Positions 39,204 through 50,097 of a DNA stretch of 64,000 nucleotides are shown here, one piece after another. The stretch comes from Spirochaetota bacterium. GTDB lineage: Bacteria > Spirochaetota > UBA4802 > UBA5550. The stretch covers positions 1,741,730 to 1,805,729 of the forward strand of contig OY760686.1 in the NCBI GenBank assembly GCA_963663865.1. Direction: 5' to 3'. The position numbers were made by a program, and so were the translations under genes. Positions within the stretch are counted from its first letter, which is position 1. The number at the start of each line of letters is the position of its first letter. Below the pieces are notes generated by a model. It saw only the letters and a program-made list of their open reading frames with translations. It ran no database searches and was not told where the DNA came from.

Positions 39204-40349
39204 GTGATAGTCAGACTTATCCCTCTAATTATCTTAATCTTAAGCCTTCATCCGCAGCATTCATCTGCCTTAGAATCCAGCCGGCAGGTAAGGGTGTTGC
39301 TTGATCTCTATAAAAATTGCAAAAAACTCACTGTTGCAAGCGACAGCCATTTAATGCTAAACAGCCGCGAAATTGCCAGTGGCAGAGTGGAGCTATGGCG
39401 TGAACACGGAAAGCTGAGAACATCTCAGAATAGAACTGAGTCTGTCCTGACATCCTCATCCGACGGGAAATTATACATTGATGCCTATGGCAGAAAAAGG
39501 ATTTTTCATGGAACGCTAAGTATAAGAATAGTAAAAAACCGCCTCAGGGTAATAAATATCACCGACCAGTATAATTATCTGCGAGGTGTCGTGGCTGAGG
39601 AGCTTGGAGAAAGATTCAGCCTTGAGGCGCTTAAAGCTCAGGCTGTTTGCGCGAGAACGTGGCTGTTTGTCATGATGAGCGGCAAAAGGGACAGAGATTA
39701 TGATGTAACAGATATTTCTGGCGAGTTTCAGACTTTCAGAGGTACGTCAAAGTCAGGAGCAAAGTGTGATGAGGCTGTAAAGTCAACAGAGGGGCTTGTA
39801 CTCTTCAATAAGGATGGACTGTTGAGACCCTATTACCACTCAACATGCGGTGGTTTCCTTGAACCCGCTGATAAAGTCTGGAATAATAGCATATCCATAA
39901 ACTCAGAAAAGAAAAGGAAAAGAGACAGGATCGGAAAGACTGATAACTGCTCAGCTTCACCATATTACCGCTGGGAAGTTAAAATTGCCAAGAGGGAATT
40001 GTACAAAGCGGTAGGCGGTGATCAGAACCTGGAAGTCAAAGACATCGAATTTATATCAGATAAGTATGGACTGTTAAGAAAGGTTATCCTGATATCTGTA
40101 TCAGTGAAAAGTGAGCTTAATGGTCATCAGTTCAAAAGAAAGCTGGAAAAGGCTGGAATCAGCGGTGTAAGAAGCATTAGGCTAACAGTCAGAGAAAATG
40201 GCGATTGTTACCTCTTTTCAGGAAGCGGTTTCGGTCACCTGACCGGAATGTGTCAGTGGGGAGCGGAAGGCCTCTCGAAAAATGGGAAAACATTCAGAGA
40301 AATACTTCAATTCTACTTTGAAAACGCTGAAATAAAGCCTTTTAACTGA
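39204..40349 (+). CDS. SpoIID/LytB-domain peptidoglycan lytic protein
   Basis: 'CARTWLFV' and 'YHSTCGGFLEPADKVWNN' SpoIID signatures, with a signal peptide. Confidence 0.75.
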   Translation: MIVRLIPLIILILSLHPQHSSALESSRQVRVLLDLYKNCKKLTVASDSHLMLNSREIASGRVELWREHGKLRTSQNRTESVLTSSSDGKLYIDAYGRKRIFHGTLSIRIVKNRLRVINITDQYNYLRGVVAEELGERFSLEALKAQAVCARTWLFVMMSGKRDRDYDVTDISGEFQTFRGTSKSGAKCDEAVKSTEGLVLFNKDGLLRPYYHSTCGGFLEPADKVWNNSISINSEKKRKRDRIGKTDNCSASPYYRWEVKIAKRELYKAVGGDQNLEVKDIEFISDKYGLLRKVILISVSVKSELNGHQFKRKLEKAGISGVRSIRLTVRENGDCYLFSGSGFGHLTGMCQWGAEGLSKNGKTFREILQFYFENAEIKPFN

Positions 40350-40420
40350 TAACTTTTCAAGATGATTATGAAAATTTCTTGAAAAAATACCCGACAATTG
40401 AAGATAGTAACCTCTCACAG

Positions 40421-40493
40421 GCCAGCATACCTCAGTTGGTAGAGGAGTCGATTCGTAATCGACCTGCCGCCAGTTCGATTCTGGCTGCTGGCT
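40421..40493 (+). tRNA. tRNA-Thr (anticodon CGT)
   Basis: Hand-folded. Acceptor stem gccagca/tgctggc. D arm cctc-agttggtag-gagg. Anticodon stem gtcga/tcgac with loop ttCGTaa. T arm gccag-ttcgatt-ctggc. Confidence 0.8.
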
Positions 40494-40627
40494 CATGCAT
40501 CCCGTTTTACCTGACCACTTTATATTCATACTAAGAAAAAAAACTTTGTTTATTCTCCACTTTATGGCATAATTATCAAAGTATGATTAAGATTAAAGGT
40601 AATCTCATATGATAACGGGGGAATGCA

Positions 40628-42352
40628 ATGAGGTTTTCAAACATTCGCATAGGTAAGAGGCTGGCCTTTGTTTTTGCCGCAATTCTGCTTTTCAACGTGT
40701 CTATAGTAACATTTTACTTCATCAAGCTCAATCAGACTGTGTCGATGATAGAGGGTATTTACAGCGAAGGGGTTCAGAGTGTTGACTATCTGCTTGAGGC
40801 TGACAGGGACGCCTATCAGAGCAATCTGGCTATTAGCAGGGCAAATGAAACAAGAATCAATAGCGACAGGAAAGCACTGGATTCTGAGCTATCCGATATC
40901 AGGGAGAATATCAAACAGGTTCAGGAAAGGTTTAAAAAGTATGCCGAGTACTCAAAGCTGACCAATGAGGTCATTGAGAAACACCGCCAGGATTTCTTAA
41001 ATGAGTACGGCGTTTTAAATAAGCTTACTGAAAAAATTGTTGTGAACCTGGAAAAGGGAAACTTTGAAGCGGCAAAGGATTCGTACTACGGCGAGTACCA
41101 GAAGTCGTTTTCGACAGCCAGAGCAGGGCTTGACACGCTTACAGGGCTGCTTCTTGCAAAGGCGGAAGAATACAAATCAGAAAGCTTATCTGAACTCCGC
41201 CAGGTGCTTATCCTGACAGGAGCCGCGAGCATTGCACTTATAGTGTTTATCATTTTTATTTCAATTGCTCTTACAAGAAGCCTTACGGTTCCTGTAAATA
41301 CTACAATGACCATAGCTCAAAGAATGTCTGAGGGTGACCTGACGGTTGAGATTCACTCTGATTCAAAGGATGAGCTTGGAAGGCTCATGGATTCGTTTGG
41401 TGTCCTTGTAGAAAATATTAAGCAGGTCATAGTTGATGTGCTTGATAAGTCAAATCAGATGGCAACAGCGTCAAGCGAACTCTCCTCAACCTCAATGAAC
41501 TTCTCCAACAACGCACAGGACCAGGCTGCCGCCGCTGAGGAAGTGAGCGCTACTGTAGAAGAGATTACCTCCGGAACTACTATAATCGCTGATAGAATAC
41601 GAACGCTAAACTCGAACATTCTGACGATGAGCGAGAAGATGAATGATCTGTCGCTGTTTATCAAGCAGATTGACAGTTCGGCCAACGACACAATGGAACT
41701 GACGGATAATCTTGCCGGAAAAGCCAACAGCGGGGACAAAGCCCTTCAGTCAATGAAGGAAAGCATGAATAAGATCAACAACAGCTCAGGAAAGGTGCTT
41801 GAAATAATCGAATTGATCAATGATATATCCGATCAAATAAACCTGCTTTCACTTAATGCGGCCATTGAGGCGGCAAGGGCGGGCGATGCTGGAAGGGGTT
41901 TCGCAGTTGTTGCCGACGAAATATCGAAGCTCGCTGACCAGACAGCTAAAAGCATTGGCGATATTGACAGACTGATAAAGATGAACAATGATGAGATCAC
42001 CGTCGGTATGAATATTATGGTCGGGGTTGTTGACACAATCAGCGATATTATTGACGGTGTTACGGTTATTAAGGACAAGATGTCAAATCTTGTAGAAATG
42101 ATGGAGACTCAGAAGGGTTCGAGCGGAGAAGTAGAGGTCGTTCTGAAGGAAATTAAGGATTTTTCCGATGCTATTACCATCACTATGGACGAGCAGAAGG
42201 GAGCTATTACAGAGATATCCAAGTCAGTGTATAATATAAACGAACTGACTCAAAATTTTGCAACCGGAGCGGAGGAAATGGCCGGAAACGCTGAGGAGCT
42301 TTCGACCATGGCCGAAGGCCTGAAAGTTAGGGTTGACTTTTTCAAGGTTTGA
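40628..42352 (+). CDS. Methyl-accepting chemotaxis protein with HAMP domain
   Basis: An N-terminal TM, a sensor region, a second TM, a HAMP and the MCP signalling domain ('[27 protein letters not shown]'). Confidence 0.9.
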   Translation: MRFSNIRIGKRLAFVFAAILLFNVSIVTFYFIKLNQTVSMIEGIYSEGVQSVDYLLEADRDAYQSNLAISRANETRINSDRKALDSELSDIRENIKQVQERFKKYAEYSKLTNEVIEKHRQDFLNEYGVLNKLTEKIVVNLEKGNFEAAKDSYYGEYQKSFSTARAGLDTLTGLLLAKAEEYKSESLSELRQVLILTGAASIALIVFIIFISIALTRSLTVPVNTTMTIAQRMSEGDLTVEIHSDSKDELGRLMDSFGVLVENIKQVIVDVLDKSNQMATASSELSSTSMNFSNNAQDQAAAAEEVSATVEEITSGTTIIADRIRTLNSNILTMSEKMNDLSLFIKQIDSSANDTMELTDNLAGKANSGDKALQSMKESMNKINNSSGKVLEIIELINDISDQINLLSLNAAIEAARAGDAGRGFAVVADEISKLADQTAKSIGDIDRLIKMNNDEITVGMNIMVGVVDTISDIIDGVTVIKDKMSNLVEMMETQKGSSGEVEVVLKEIKDFSDAITITMDEQKGAITEISKSVYNINELTQNFATGAEEMAGNAEELSTMAEGLKVRVDFFKV

Positions 42353-42468
42353 AATCAAATGCCGAAAGGGTTGAATGTAACAATCCGGCATAATTTAATT
42401 CTTATATTATACAGTACATCTCATGGCCCTGCGAATCAGGCGGGGCCTGATTGTGTTAGAGCAGCTAA

Positions 42469-43533
42469 ATGGAGGCAGACATGAACAGCGATATAAAAAT
42501 TGCTTTTTTTGATTCGAAACCCTACGATCAGGAAAGCTTTAAGGATATGAATTCAAAGTTCGGGTTTGAGGTAAAGTTTTTCAAACCCCACCTTACAATA
42601 GACACTGTGTCCCTGACAAAGGGGTATGAGGTTGTATGTGTATTCGTAAATGACATTCTCACTGACGCGATTATCGACGAACTTGTAAAAAATGGCGTAA
42701 AGCTTATAGCGCTGCGAAGCGCTGGATATAACAATGTTGACCTGCAGGCCGTTTACCAGAAAATTCACGTTGTAAGAGTGCCGGCATATTCCCCCTATGC
42801 TGTTGCAGAGCACGCGGTGGCCTTAATGCTGACTCTTAACAGAAAAACGCACAGGGCGTATTACAGAACACGCGACAGTAATTTCAGCATACACGGACTC
42901 ATAGGATTCGATATGCACGGCAAGACGGCCGGTATAATCGGAACCGGCATAATCGGAAGGGTTCTCGCCGGAATTCTAAAGGGATTCGGCATGAGGATAT
43001 TGGCCTATGACAAGTTCCCGAACCTCGAATATGCCAAAGAAAACGGAATAGAATACGTAGAGCTTGATGAGCTTTATGCTCAATCAGATATCATCTCGCT
43101 GCACTGTCCGCTTACAAGTGAAACATATCATCTGATAAACTCCCAGAGCATAGCAAAGATGAAGAAGGGAGTGATGATAATCAATACAGGCAGGGGGCAC
43201 CTGATAAACACAAAAGACCTTATTGAAGGTCTGAAGGATGCCAGAATCGGATGCGCCGGGCTTGATGTTTACGAGGAAGAGAGCGAGTACTTTTTCGAGG
43301 ACTACAGCACCTCGTATGTAGAGGACGATGTGCTTGCAAGGCTGCTTACACTGAACAATGTTGTGGTAACGTCCCACCAGGCCTTCTTTACCAAGGAAGC
43401 GCTGGCGAACATTGCCGAGACCACACTAAAGAATATTGAGCAGTTCTACAGAGAGGACAGCCTTGATAATGAGATATGCTACAAGTGCAACAATTCCGTC
43501 TGTCAGAAAAAGGAGAGCGGAAGGTGCTTTTAA
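42469..43533 (+). CDS. ldhA: D-lactate dehydrogenase (D-2-hydroxyacid dehydrogenase)
   Basis: It aligns along its length to E. coli LdhA ('VRVPAYSPYAVAEH', 'GKTAGIIGTGIIG', 'VTSHQAFFT'). It carries an extra Cys-rich C-terminal tail. Residues 1-4 (MEAD) may precede the true start. Confidence 0.85.
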   Translation: MEADMNSDIKIAFFDSKPYDQESFKDMNSKFGFEVKFFKPHLTIDTVSLTKGYEVVCVFVNDILTDAIIDELVKNGVKLIALRSAGYNNVDLQAVYQKIHVVRVPAYSPYAVAEHAVALMLTLNRKTHRAYYRTRDSNFSIHGLIGFDMHGKTAGIIGTGIIGRVLAGILKGFGMRILAYDKFPNLEYAKENGIEYVELDELYAQSDIISLHCPLTSETYHLINSQSIAKMKKGVMIINTGRGHLINTKDLIEGLKDARIGCAGLDVYEEESEYFFEDYSTSYVEDDVLARLLTLNNVVVTSHQAFFTKEALANIAETTLKNIEQFYREDSLDNEICYKCNNSVCQKKESGRCF

Positions 43534-43594
43534 CAATAATTGCTTTTTGAAACAGATGTTTTCTGTAATTATACTGATGTTATAGCCATGAACA

Positions 43595-43629
43595 AAAAAG
43601 ACCTCGTTGAGAGTATCAGGTCTTTTCCG
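43595..43629 (+). terminator. Rho-independent terminator after ldhA
   Basis: AAAAGACCT-loop-AGGTCTTTTCC. Confidence 0.5.
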
Positions 43630-43830
43630 TTTAAATGTTTCTTGCTCATCGACTTAATAAGTCTGCCGGACAAAGTTTTATTCAATTGTCTTGTTTAAGG
43701 GGTCATATAGAAAAAACTTCCAGATGAATATTATGTCGTTTCTCTTCTCCATTATTATATCATACATATTTAAGAACATTATCCACTTTATAAAATATAA
43801 ACATTTACACTTTATTTAATAATCTATATC

Positions 43831-45393
43831 TCATTCTATGATTTTATAATTTTTTTTCCGAAATATTCGGATACAAGCATCAACAACTGTATGATCATAC
43901 AAAATGCCGCGCTGCGAAATGATTTCCTTCAGTGCGGATTGAATTCCCAATGCAGGTCTATACGGTCGATGCGATGCCATTGCTTCAACAACATCTGCGA
44001 CAGCAAGAATTTTAGATTCTAAAATCAGTTCATCGCCTTTAAGGCCCAGCGGGTAGCCGGAACCGTCCATGCGCTCATGGTGTTGAGCAATTATTTTAGC
44101 AATAGGCCATGGGAAATATACATTCTTTAATATATTAAGACCAATGTTTACATGCTCTTTAATCAAGCCATATTCAATTTCGCTTAGACGTGTTGACTTA
44201 ACAAGTATCTCTGCTGGAATGCCTATTTTCCCTACATCATGAATGGTTGCAGCAAGCAGAAGACCCTGAATTCGGTCTTCGGACAGTTCAATTTCTTCTC
44301 CAATTCTTTTACATATGTCAGCAACACGACGTTGATGACCCGCTGTATATGAATCTCTTTGGCCAATGGTCTCGGCGATTACTTGAATTGTCTGTTCAAG
44401 GCTTAAAATCAATTGCTCCTGATGCTTAGCCTTTGATATTGCTGTTCTAAGCGCTTTGATGCCATAAGATAAATCAGCCGCGAATTCCTGTAGAAGTTTT
44501 AGCTCGGGGGATGACCAAACATTATATATAGAACCATACAGTATTAAACAGTATCTTTGATCTTCAGGAAGGTAAAAAGGAATAACTATTAATGAGTTTA
44601 CTCCATTCTCTAATGCTTCTTCACGCCATGTTTCCATTGTAGGATCAGTTGCAATATTCTCACAAACTTGAACATCCATTGTCTTGATTGAACGGCTGAT
44701 TGGGCAATCACCTACTTCGCTATCATCCCAACTTATACTTTTAAAACCCCAAAAATATTCTTTATCGCCATAATAAGCTATAGGTTTCACAATTTTATCA
44801 TTATTATTCTCCGCGAAACCGATCCATGCCATTACATATCCACCTGTTTCAACAGAGATGCGGCAGTATTCATTAAGCAAATTTTGCTCGGTCTCTGCTT
44901 CAAGTATAGCAACATTACCTTCGCTAAGAATCTTCAATGCTCTTGTTGTTACTTTCAAAGCTATTTCTGCGATATTACGCTTGGTATTATCTCGAATATT
45001 GCATTGAATTATATCAATACCATCACAGTCATAAACATTGCTAATAAACTCAACTGACACATGTCGTCCGTCTTTTGTCTCTAATGGAAGATCATCATAT
45101 CGGATATAATTATTTTTCTGTAGTTCCGCAAAAGCATCAATTGTTAAAGAGGTATTTTTAAAAGGGCCAATTTCCCACAGTTTTTTACCTAATAATTCAT
45201 CTCGAGTATAGTTTAGCATTTTAATAAGATAGGGATTTATATCATCGATTACTGCAGTTTTACCGTTTAAAATAAGGATGCCATCACACGCAGTTTCAAA
45301 TAATCGACGATAACGTATTTCGGAGAAACGCAATTTGTTTTTAAGATCAATGCTGTCTGATGGCGATTGCAAATTTTTAATTTTATTTTTCAT
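43831..45393 (-). CDS. HD-GYP phosphodiesterase with N-terminal PAS and GAF domains
   Basis: HD motif 'ATIHDVGKIGIP' and 'HHERMDGSGYP' (HD-GYP). PAS and GAF domains upstream. Confidence 0.8.
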   Translation of the reverse strand: MKNKIKNLQSPSDSIDLKNKLRFSEIRYRRLFETACDGILILNGKTAVIDDINPYLIKMLNYTRDELLGKKLWEIGPFKNTSLTIDAFAELQKNNYIRYDDLPLETKDGRHVSVEFISNVYDCDGIDIIQCNIRDNTKRNIAEIALKVTTRALKILSEGNVAILEAETEQNLLNEYCRISVETGGYVMAWIGFAENNNDKIVKPIAYYGDKEYFWGFKSISWDDSEVGDCPISRSIKTMDVQVCENIATDPTMETWREEALENGVNSLIVIPFYLPEDQRYCLILYGSIYNVWSSPELKLLQEFAADLSYGIKALRTAISKAKHQEQLILSLEQTIQVIAETIGQRDSYTAGHQRRVADICKRIGEEIELSEDRIQGLLLAATIHDVGKIGIPAEILVKSTRLSEIEYGLIKEHVNIGLNILKNVYFPWPIAKIIAQHHERMDGSGYPLGLKGDELILESKILAVADVVEAMASHRPYRPALGIQSALKEIISQRGILYDHTVVDACIRIFRKKNYKIIE

Positions 45394-46007
45394 ATAATCC
45401 CCTTATTGTTTAATGAATGTATGATTGTATAAATATATCTGTGAATGGTTGAATAATGAAGAATAGAGTGTAAATGCTATAGATCATTGTTCCTTGGGTA
45501 TTTACGATGGTTTTTACAAAAATAATGGATAAGGACTTAAAATGGGATTATAACTGCTGTCTAAACAAATGGAATCTTCTAAAGATTAAATCAAGCTAGA
45601 ATAATCTAATCGATATGCTGTGCGATAGACCCTTCCTGCCGAGCCTGCTTCAGTTTTCATTCGCTCTTATTACGTACAGCTGGCCTGCTGATATATATAA
45701 TCGAATATTATTTATAACTACTACCAGTATAATAGCTATTGTGGATATACTGTTCAACATAATTTCTATGATTTTTAACACTTTTGCAATGACAATACCG
45801 GCTGTAGGATAGTAGTGCTGCGTTTCTGTCAAACACTGCAAACCGCATAGTTTTGCTCTTTATATCAGGTAGTTCGCTGGGTGCCGGAAAATATTGGGAA
45901 AGATTTTGTATGCTGTTAAGGAAAAATATTGTGGGAGTGAGCGGGAAAAGGGAAGTAATCTACCATCCGACAGCCGGAAAAGCTGGGGATGATAGATTAC
46001 TGTTATG

Positions 46008-46080
46008 GGTGGATGACGGGATTCGAACCCGCGACAACTGGAACCACAATCCAGGGCTCTACCGCTGAACTACATCCACC
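46008..46080 (-). tRNA. tRNA-His (anticodon GTG) with G-1
   Basis: The reverse complement is GGTGGATGTAGTTCAGCGGTAGAGC...CTGGATTGTGGTTCCAG...GGTTCGAATCCCGTCATCCACC. The anticodon loop is ttGTGgt. An extra 5' G pairs with discriminator C, the tRNA-His hallmark. Confidence 0.85.
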
Positions 46081-46654
46081 ATCTATGTAAACAGGAAAAG
46101 TGGCCTAAAAGCCCTCCTGTAAGACAATAAGTCCATTTATTCTGCTGGATGACATTTGTCAATTATTTTTGAAGAGAGTTTGCCTTCAATTGGAGCCTGC
46201 CTCTTGGAGTGTATTTTCTCTGGCCTGAGTGCAGCAATGGCAGTCAGCGTATTCCCGGGGGAGAGGCGGCTTTGAGGTTGTTGAGCTTTCGGAAGAGGGG
46301 TGTTTATATTGAGACCTCCATGTTCTCTGAATAAAGCTTTAACTGAACTTCAAAAAACGAATTCAGAATAATTTATGACTGCCCATAAAAATAATAATTT
46401 ATGAATTGTATGATATTATTCAAATTATGAAAAAAAATTTGTTTAAAATGCATTCTCAAATCCCGTCCCATTGCATAACCCCTTTTAACTGGTGTTTACT
46501 CTTTTGCGATTAAAATATTTATTTTGCAACCATAGAATGGAATTTATGTCTTTATAGTTAAATCAAACATTTTCAAAAATCTTTTTCCAAATTCTCTCTT
46601 TTCTTCTGTCATTCGTTTTTTAATCACTTATTAAGTTTCATAGAGAGGCACTGT

Positions 46655-48409
46655 ATGAAGAACATATTAATGGTTTACCCGGAATTTCCGACTACATATT
46701 GGAGCATGAAGTACTCACTCCCGTTTATCAGGAAAAAGGCTGCGACTATTCCACTGGGGCTATTAACCGTAGCGGCGCTTTTACCGGATGATTATTCAGT
46801 TAAGCTGATAGATATGAATGTTAACGAACTCAAAAAGACGGATATTCTGGAAGCGGATTTGGTTTTTATATCCGCTATGATTGCTCAGAAATCTTCTTTT
46901 GATAGTGTTGTAGCGCTATGTAACCAGATGAATGTACCCGTTGTTGCTGGAGGTCCATATCCAACCTCATCTTTTGAAAAAATTACCGGTGTTAATCATT
47001 TTGTACTCAACGAAGCTGAGATTACGCTGCCTCCTTTTATTAAAGATTATGAGGAGGGAAGAGCGGCAGGTGTGTACATGAATACAGAAAAACCGGATAT
47101 CAGAAAAACACCTCCGCCTCGCTTCGATTTAATAGATTTCAGCAACTACAACAATATTGCTCTCCAATACTCCAGAGGATGTCCGTTTAACTGTGAATTT
47201 TGTGATATTATTGAGTTGTTTGGAAGGACTCCAAGGTTTAAAGATACTGATCAATTCATCCATGAAATGGATCTGGTCTACAGGCATGGATTCAGAGGCT
47301 CGCTTTTTGTTGTGGATGATAACTTTATTGGCAACAATAAAAAGGTTAAGGATTTGCTTGGTGCTATAATTGCCTGGCAGCGGGAAAACAACTATCCATT
47401 TTCTCTTTTTACAGAGGCGAGTATCAATCTTGCGGAGGATGATGAATTGTTGAGCCTCATGGCCGAAGCAGGATTTGATATGGTTTTTGTGGGGATAGAA
47501 ACTCCTGATAAAGAATCCTTAAAGAACTGCGGGAAAAATCAGAATCTGAAGGTTGATCTAATGGAGAGTGTAGAGAAAATCCAGAGAGCGGGGATTGAAG
47601 TGACCGGGGGATTTATAGTAGGGTTTGATGATGACACTTCAGACATTTATGACAGACAGATTGCGTTCATTCAGAGAGCCGGCATTTCGATGGCAATGGT
47701 CGGGATACTGGGAGCACTTCCGAATACTCAGCTCTACAGACGTCTTATGAAAGAGGGAAGGATAAAAACAGATAATCCATTTTCAGGAAATAATACCCAT
47801 AATCTCCAGATGAGCTTCACGCCTGTCATGTCCGAAAAATCCATAATTGAGGGTTATAAGAAAATACTATCTGAAATATACAGCCCTGGAAATTACTTTG
47901 ATCGGTGCTATACTCTTCTCGAACGGTTACCTGCAGACAAATCAAAAGCAGTAAGGCGTGTAAAGGCAGTTCAGATAAGAGCGTTATTTCTTTCACTCAT
48001 AAAACAGACATTTTCTTCATATTCACTGAGTTATCTCAGGTTCCTCTTGCGCGTCATTGTCCATCAAAAAAAGCATTTTGTGTTGGCAATAGAACATGCT
48101 ATAAAGGGTTATCACTTTTTTGTTATTACTAAAAACATTATCAAGGCCGATGAGCTGTCATCAGTATTTGAAAATGCAAAAAAAACAATAAAAGACTCTT
48201 TTGAATCAATTATTTCAAACAGCGCTGTCCAGGTTGGCGGATTGATAAAAGAATTCAGGTATCTGGAGAAGATTAAAAATAAACTTGAGAGAAAATATCG
48301 TCGTCTGAATATTGATATTCAACAGAATCTTCATGATGAATTTCAGGAGTTTATAAATACTTTTAATTACTATTTATCCAGAATGGATAAAGTGATGAGT
48401 TTTCAATAA
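46655..48409 (+). CDS. B12-binding-domain radical SAM protein with C-terminal DUF4070-like extension
   Basis: An N-terminal cobalamin-binding Rossmann fold ('PLGLLTVAALL') and a radical SAM motif 'CPFNCEFC'. Confidence 0.8.
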   Translation: MKNILMVYPEFPTTYWSMKYSLPFIRKKAATIPLGLLTVAALLPDDYSVKLIDMNVNELKKTDILEADLVFISAMIAQKSSFDSVVALCNQMNVPVVAGGPYPTSSFEKITGVNHFVLNEAEITLPPFIKDYEEGRAAGVYMNTEKPDIRKTPPPRFDLIDFSNYNNIALQYSRGCPFNCEFCDIIELFGRTPRFKDTDQFIHEMDLVYRHGFRGSLFVVDDNFIGNNKKVKDLLGAIIAWQRENNYPFSLFTEASINLAEDDELLSLMAEAGFDMVFVGIETPDKESLKNCGKNQNLKVDLMESVEKIQRAGIEVTGGFIVGFDDDTSDIYDRQIAFIQRAGISMAMVGILGALPNTQLYRRLMKEGRIKTDNPFSGNNTHNLQMSFTPVMSEKSIIEGYKKILSEIYSPGNYFDRCYTLLERLPADKSKAVRRVKAVQIRALFLSLIKQTFSSYSLSYLRFLLRVIVHQKKHFVLAIEHAIKGYHFFVITKNIIKADELSSVFENAKKTIKDSFESIISNSAVQVGGLIKEFRYLEKIKNKLERKYRRLNIDIQQNLHDEFQEFINTFNYYLSRMDKVMSFQ

Positions 48410-48477
48410 ACCATGATTTTACAGGGACAGTCAGTACTCCTTTTGCAAAATGATCTGAGAGGTTATGTCTGACATTT

Positions 48478-50097
48478 TCACTTCAGCTCCCCGATTTTTA
48501 TAAGCAAAGTGGCCTCATAGGGTTGAAGCTGAAAGTACAATGCTGAAAGGTGACAGTTTACATGCCTGTGAGTTGACAGCAATACCTTCCACTGGGCCTT
48601 CCTGTTCAGTCTGACCTCTTTTTTACGGGAAGTGAAGTTAAGGACGACAAGGACAGACTCCTCGCCGTTTTTTCTGAAGTAAGCAAGAACGCCCCTCCTG
48701 CCTTTCAATACGGGTTTCCATTCTCCCATGTAAAGGGCTCTGTGTTTTTTTCTTGCGGCTATAAGCCTTTTATACCAGTTGAGAAGTGAGTATGAGTCCT
48801 TCAATTGCGAGCTGACATTGGCCTTCCTGTAGTCGGAGCCGATAGGCAGCCACATTTTGCCGTTTGTGAAGCCTGCGCTTTTTCCGCCATTCCATTGCAT
48901 CGGGCTGCGGGCCTGGTCTCGTCCTGAGTAAAAAGGCCAGAAGCGTTTCCCCAGCGGGTCCTGTATGTTTTTTCTGGACAGCTTTACGTTCTTCATTCCT
49001 GTCTCTTCGCCGTAGTAAACGAAGGGCGTTCCTTTCAGTGTCAGGAGAAGGGCTGCCGCAACATAGGCCCTTTTATCGGCATCCTTTCCGTTGCCTAGCC
49101 TGCTTATGCTGCGCGACTGGTCATGATTGGACAGGACATGGCAGGGCCAGCCTTTTTCCGGAATAGACTTCATCCACCTCTTGATTGCGCGATAATAACG
49201 TCTCGCGTTCCATAACCGGTAAATAAGGGAAAAGTCAAATGCCAGATGGAGCTCATCCTCCCCATTTCCAAGAAAACGGGCAGACAGATTCGGATTGCCG
49301 GGCGGTAGAGTGAAAACCTCACCAACTGAAAATCTGTCAGGATAGCTGTTGAGCAGTGTACGTAAATCCCTTAATATCTCATGGTTTTCCGGCCTGTTGC
49401 GGTCATAGATGTGCTTTTGTATATAGTCGAAGAATAGAATACAGGGATTGTTTCTGAACAGGCGGTCTTTAACGAACCAGTTGACCACATCCAGACGAAA
49501 GCCGTCAACCCCCCGGTCGAGCCAGAAACGGACCTCATCAAATACCGCTTCTTTGACCTGAGGATTAAGCCAGTTGATGTCAGGCTGCTCGGGCAGAAAC
49601 GAGTGCAAGTAATACTGCGAGGTGTGCTCATCCCATTCCCATGCCGAACCGCCGAAAGAAGACCGCCAGTTATTCGGCCTCTTCCTGCGATGACCATCTC
49701 TCCAGATGTACCAGTCCCGCTTCGGGTTTTTTTTCGATGAACGTGAAGCTAAAAACCACGGGTGAAGGTGAGAAGTATGATTGATTACCAGATCCAGAAT
49801 GACACGGATATCTCTTTTATGCGCCTCATCTACCAGATGGTCAAAATCACCCTGTGAGCCGAATACAGGATCGATATCTCTGTAATCGCTGATGTCGTAA
49901 CCGAAATCATACATTGGAGAAGTGTTAATCGGAGAAAGCCATACCGCGTCAAATCCCATATCTCTGATATAGTCAAGTTTCTGAATTATTCCAGGAATAT
50001 CGCCGATTCCGTCATCATTGGAATCATAGAAGCTTCGGGGGTATATCTGGTAAATAACTCCGTGTTTCCACCACACCCAATCGTATTTAGTCTTCAT
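48478..50097 (-). CDS. GH13 alpha-glucosidase / oligo-1,6-glucosidase family
   Basis: 'GVIYQIYPRSF', 'DAVWLSPI', 'GFRLDVVNW', 'GEVF' and 'LSNHDQSR'. Confidence 0.85.
   Translation of the reverse strand: MKTKYDWVWWKHGVIYQIYPRSFYDSNDDGIGDIPGIIQKLDYIRDMGFDAVWLSPINTSPMYDFGYDISDYRDIDPVFGSQGDFDHLVDEAHKRDIRVILDLVINHTSHLHPWFLASRSSKKNPKRDWYIWRDGHRRKRPNNWRSSFGGSAWEWDEHTSQYYLHSFLPEQPDINWLNPQVKEAVFDEVRFWLDRGVDGFRLDVVNWFVKDRLFRNNPCILFFDYIQKHIYDRNRPENHEILRDLRTLLNSYPDRFSVGEVFTLPPGNPNLSARFLGNGEDELHLAFDFSLIYRLWNARRYYRAIKRWMKSIPEKGWPCHVLSNHDQSRSISRLGNGKDADKRAYVAAALLLTLKGTPFVYYGEETGMKNVKLSRKNIQDPLGKRFWPFYSGRDQARSPMQWNGGKSAGFTNGKMWLPIGSDYRKANVSSQLKDSYSLLNWYKRLIAARKKHRALYMGEWKPVLKGRRGVLAYFRKNGEESVLVVLNFTSRKKEVRLNRKAQWKVLLSTHRHVNCHLSALYFQLQPYEATLLIKIGELK

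Noticed and set aside
42436-42456. A perfect 7-bp hairpin (AATCAGG-CGGGG-CCTGATT) just upstream of ldhA.
   Set aside because: It is too short and isolated to assign a function. It could be an operator or an attenuator. No T-tract follows.
45955-46000. A 14-bp imperfect inverted repeat (GTAATCTACCATCC...GGATGATAGATTAC) 8 nt from the tRNA-His 3' end.
   Set aside because: It is most simply the transcription terminator or processing hairpin of the minus-strand tRNA-His. It is not a novel element and not a convincing att-site repeat.
45853-46068. A 71-aa ORF on the plus strand.
   Set aside because: It overlaps the tRNA-His gene on the opposite strand and has no RBS. Spurious.
46081-46330. Checked the ORF-free GC-richer patch after tRNA-His for tmRNA, SRP RNA, RNase P or cobalamin-riboswitch signatures.
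   Set aside because: No conserved boxes were recognisable by eye (tmRNA tRNA-like end, SRP domain IV, P4 GGAAAGUCCGG, B12 box GCCACTG). It cannot be called without a covariance-model scan (Infernal/Rfam).
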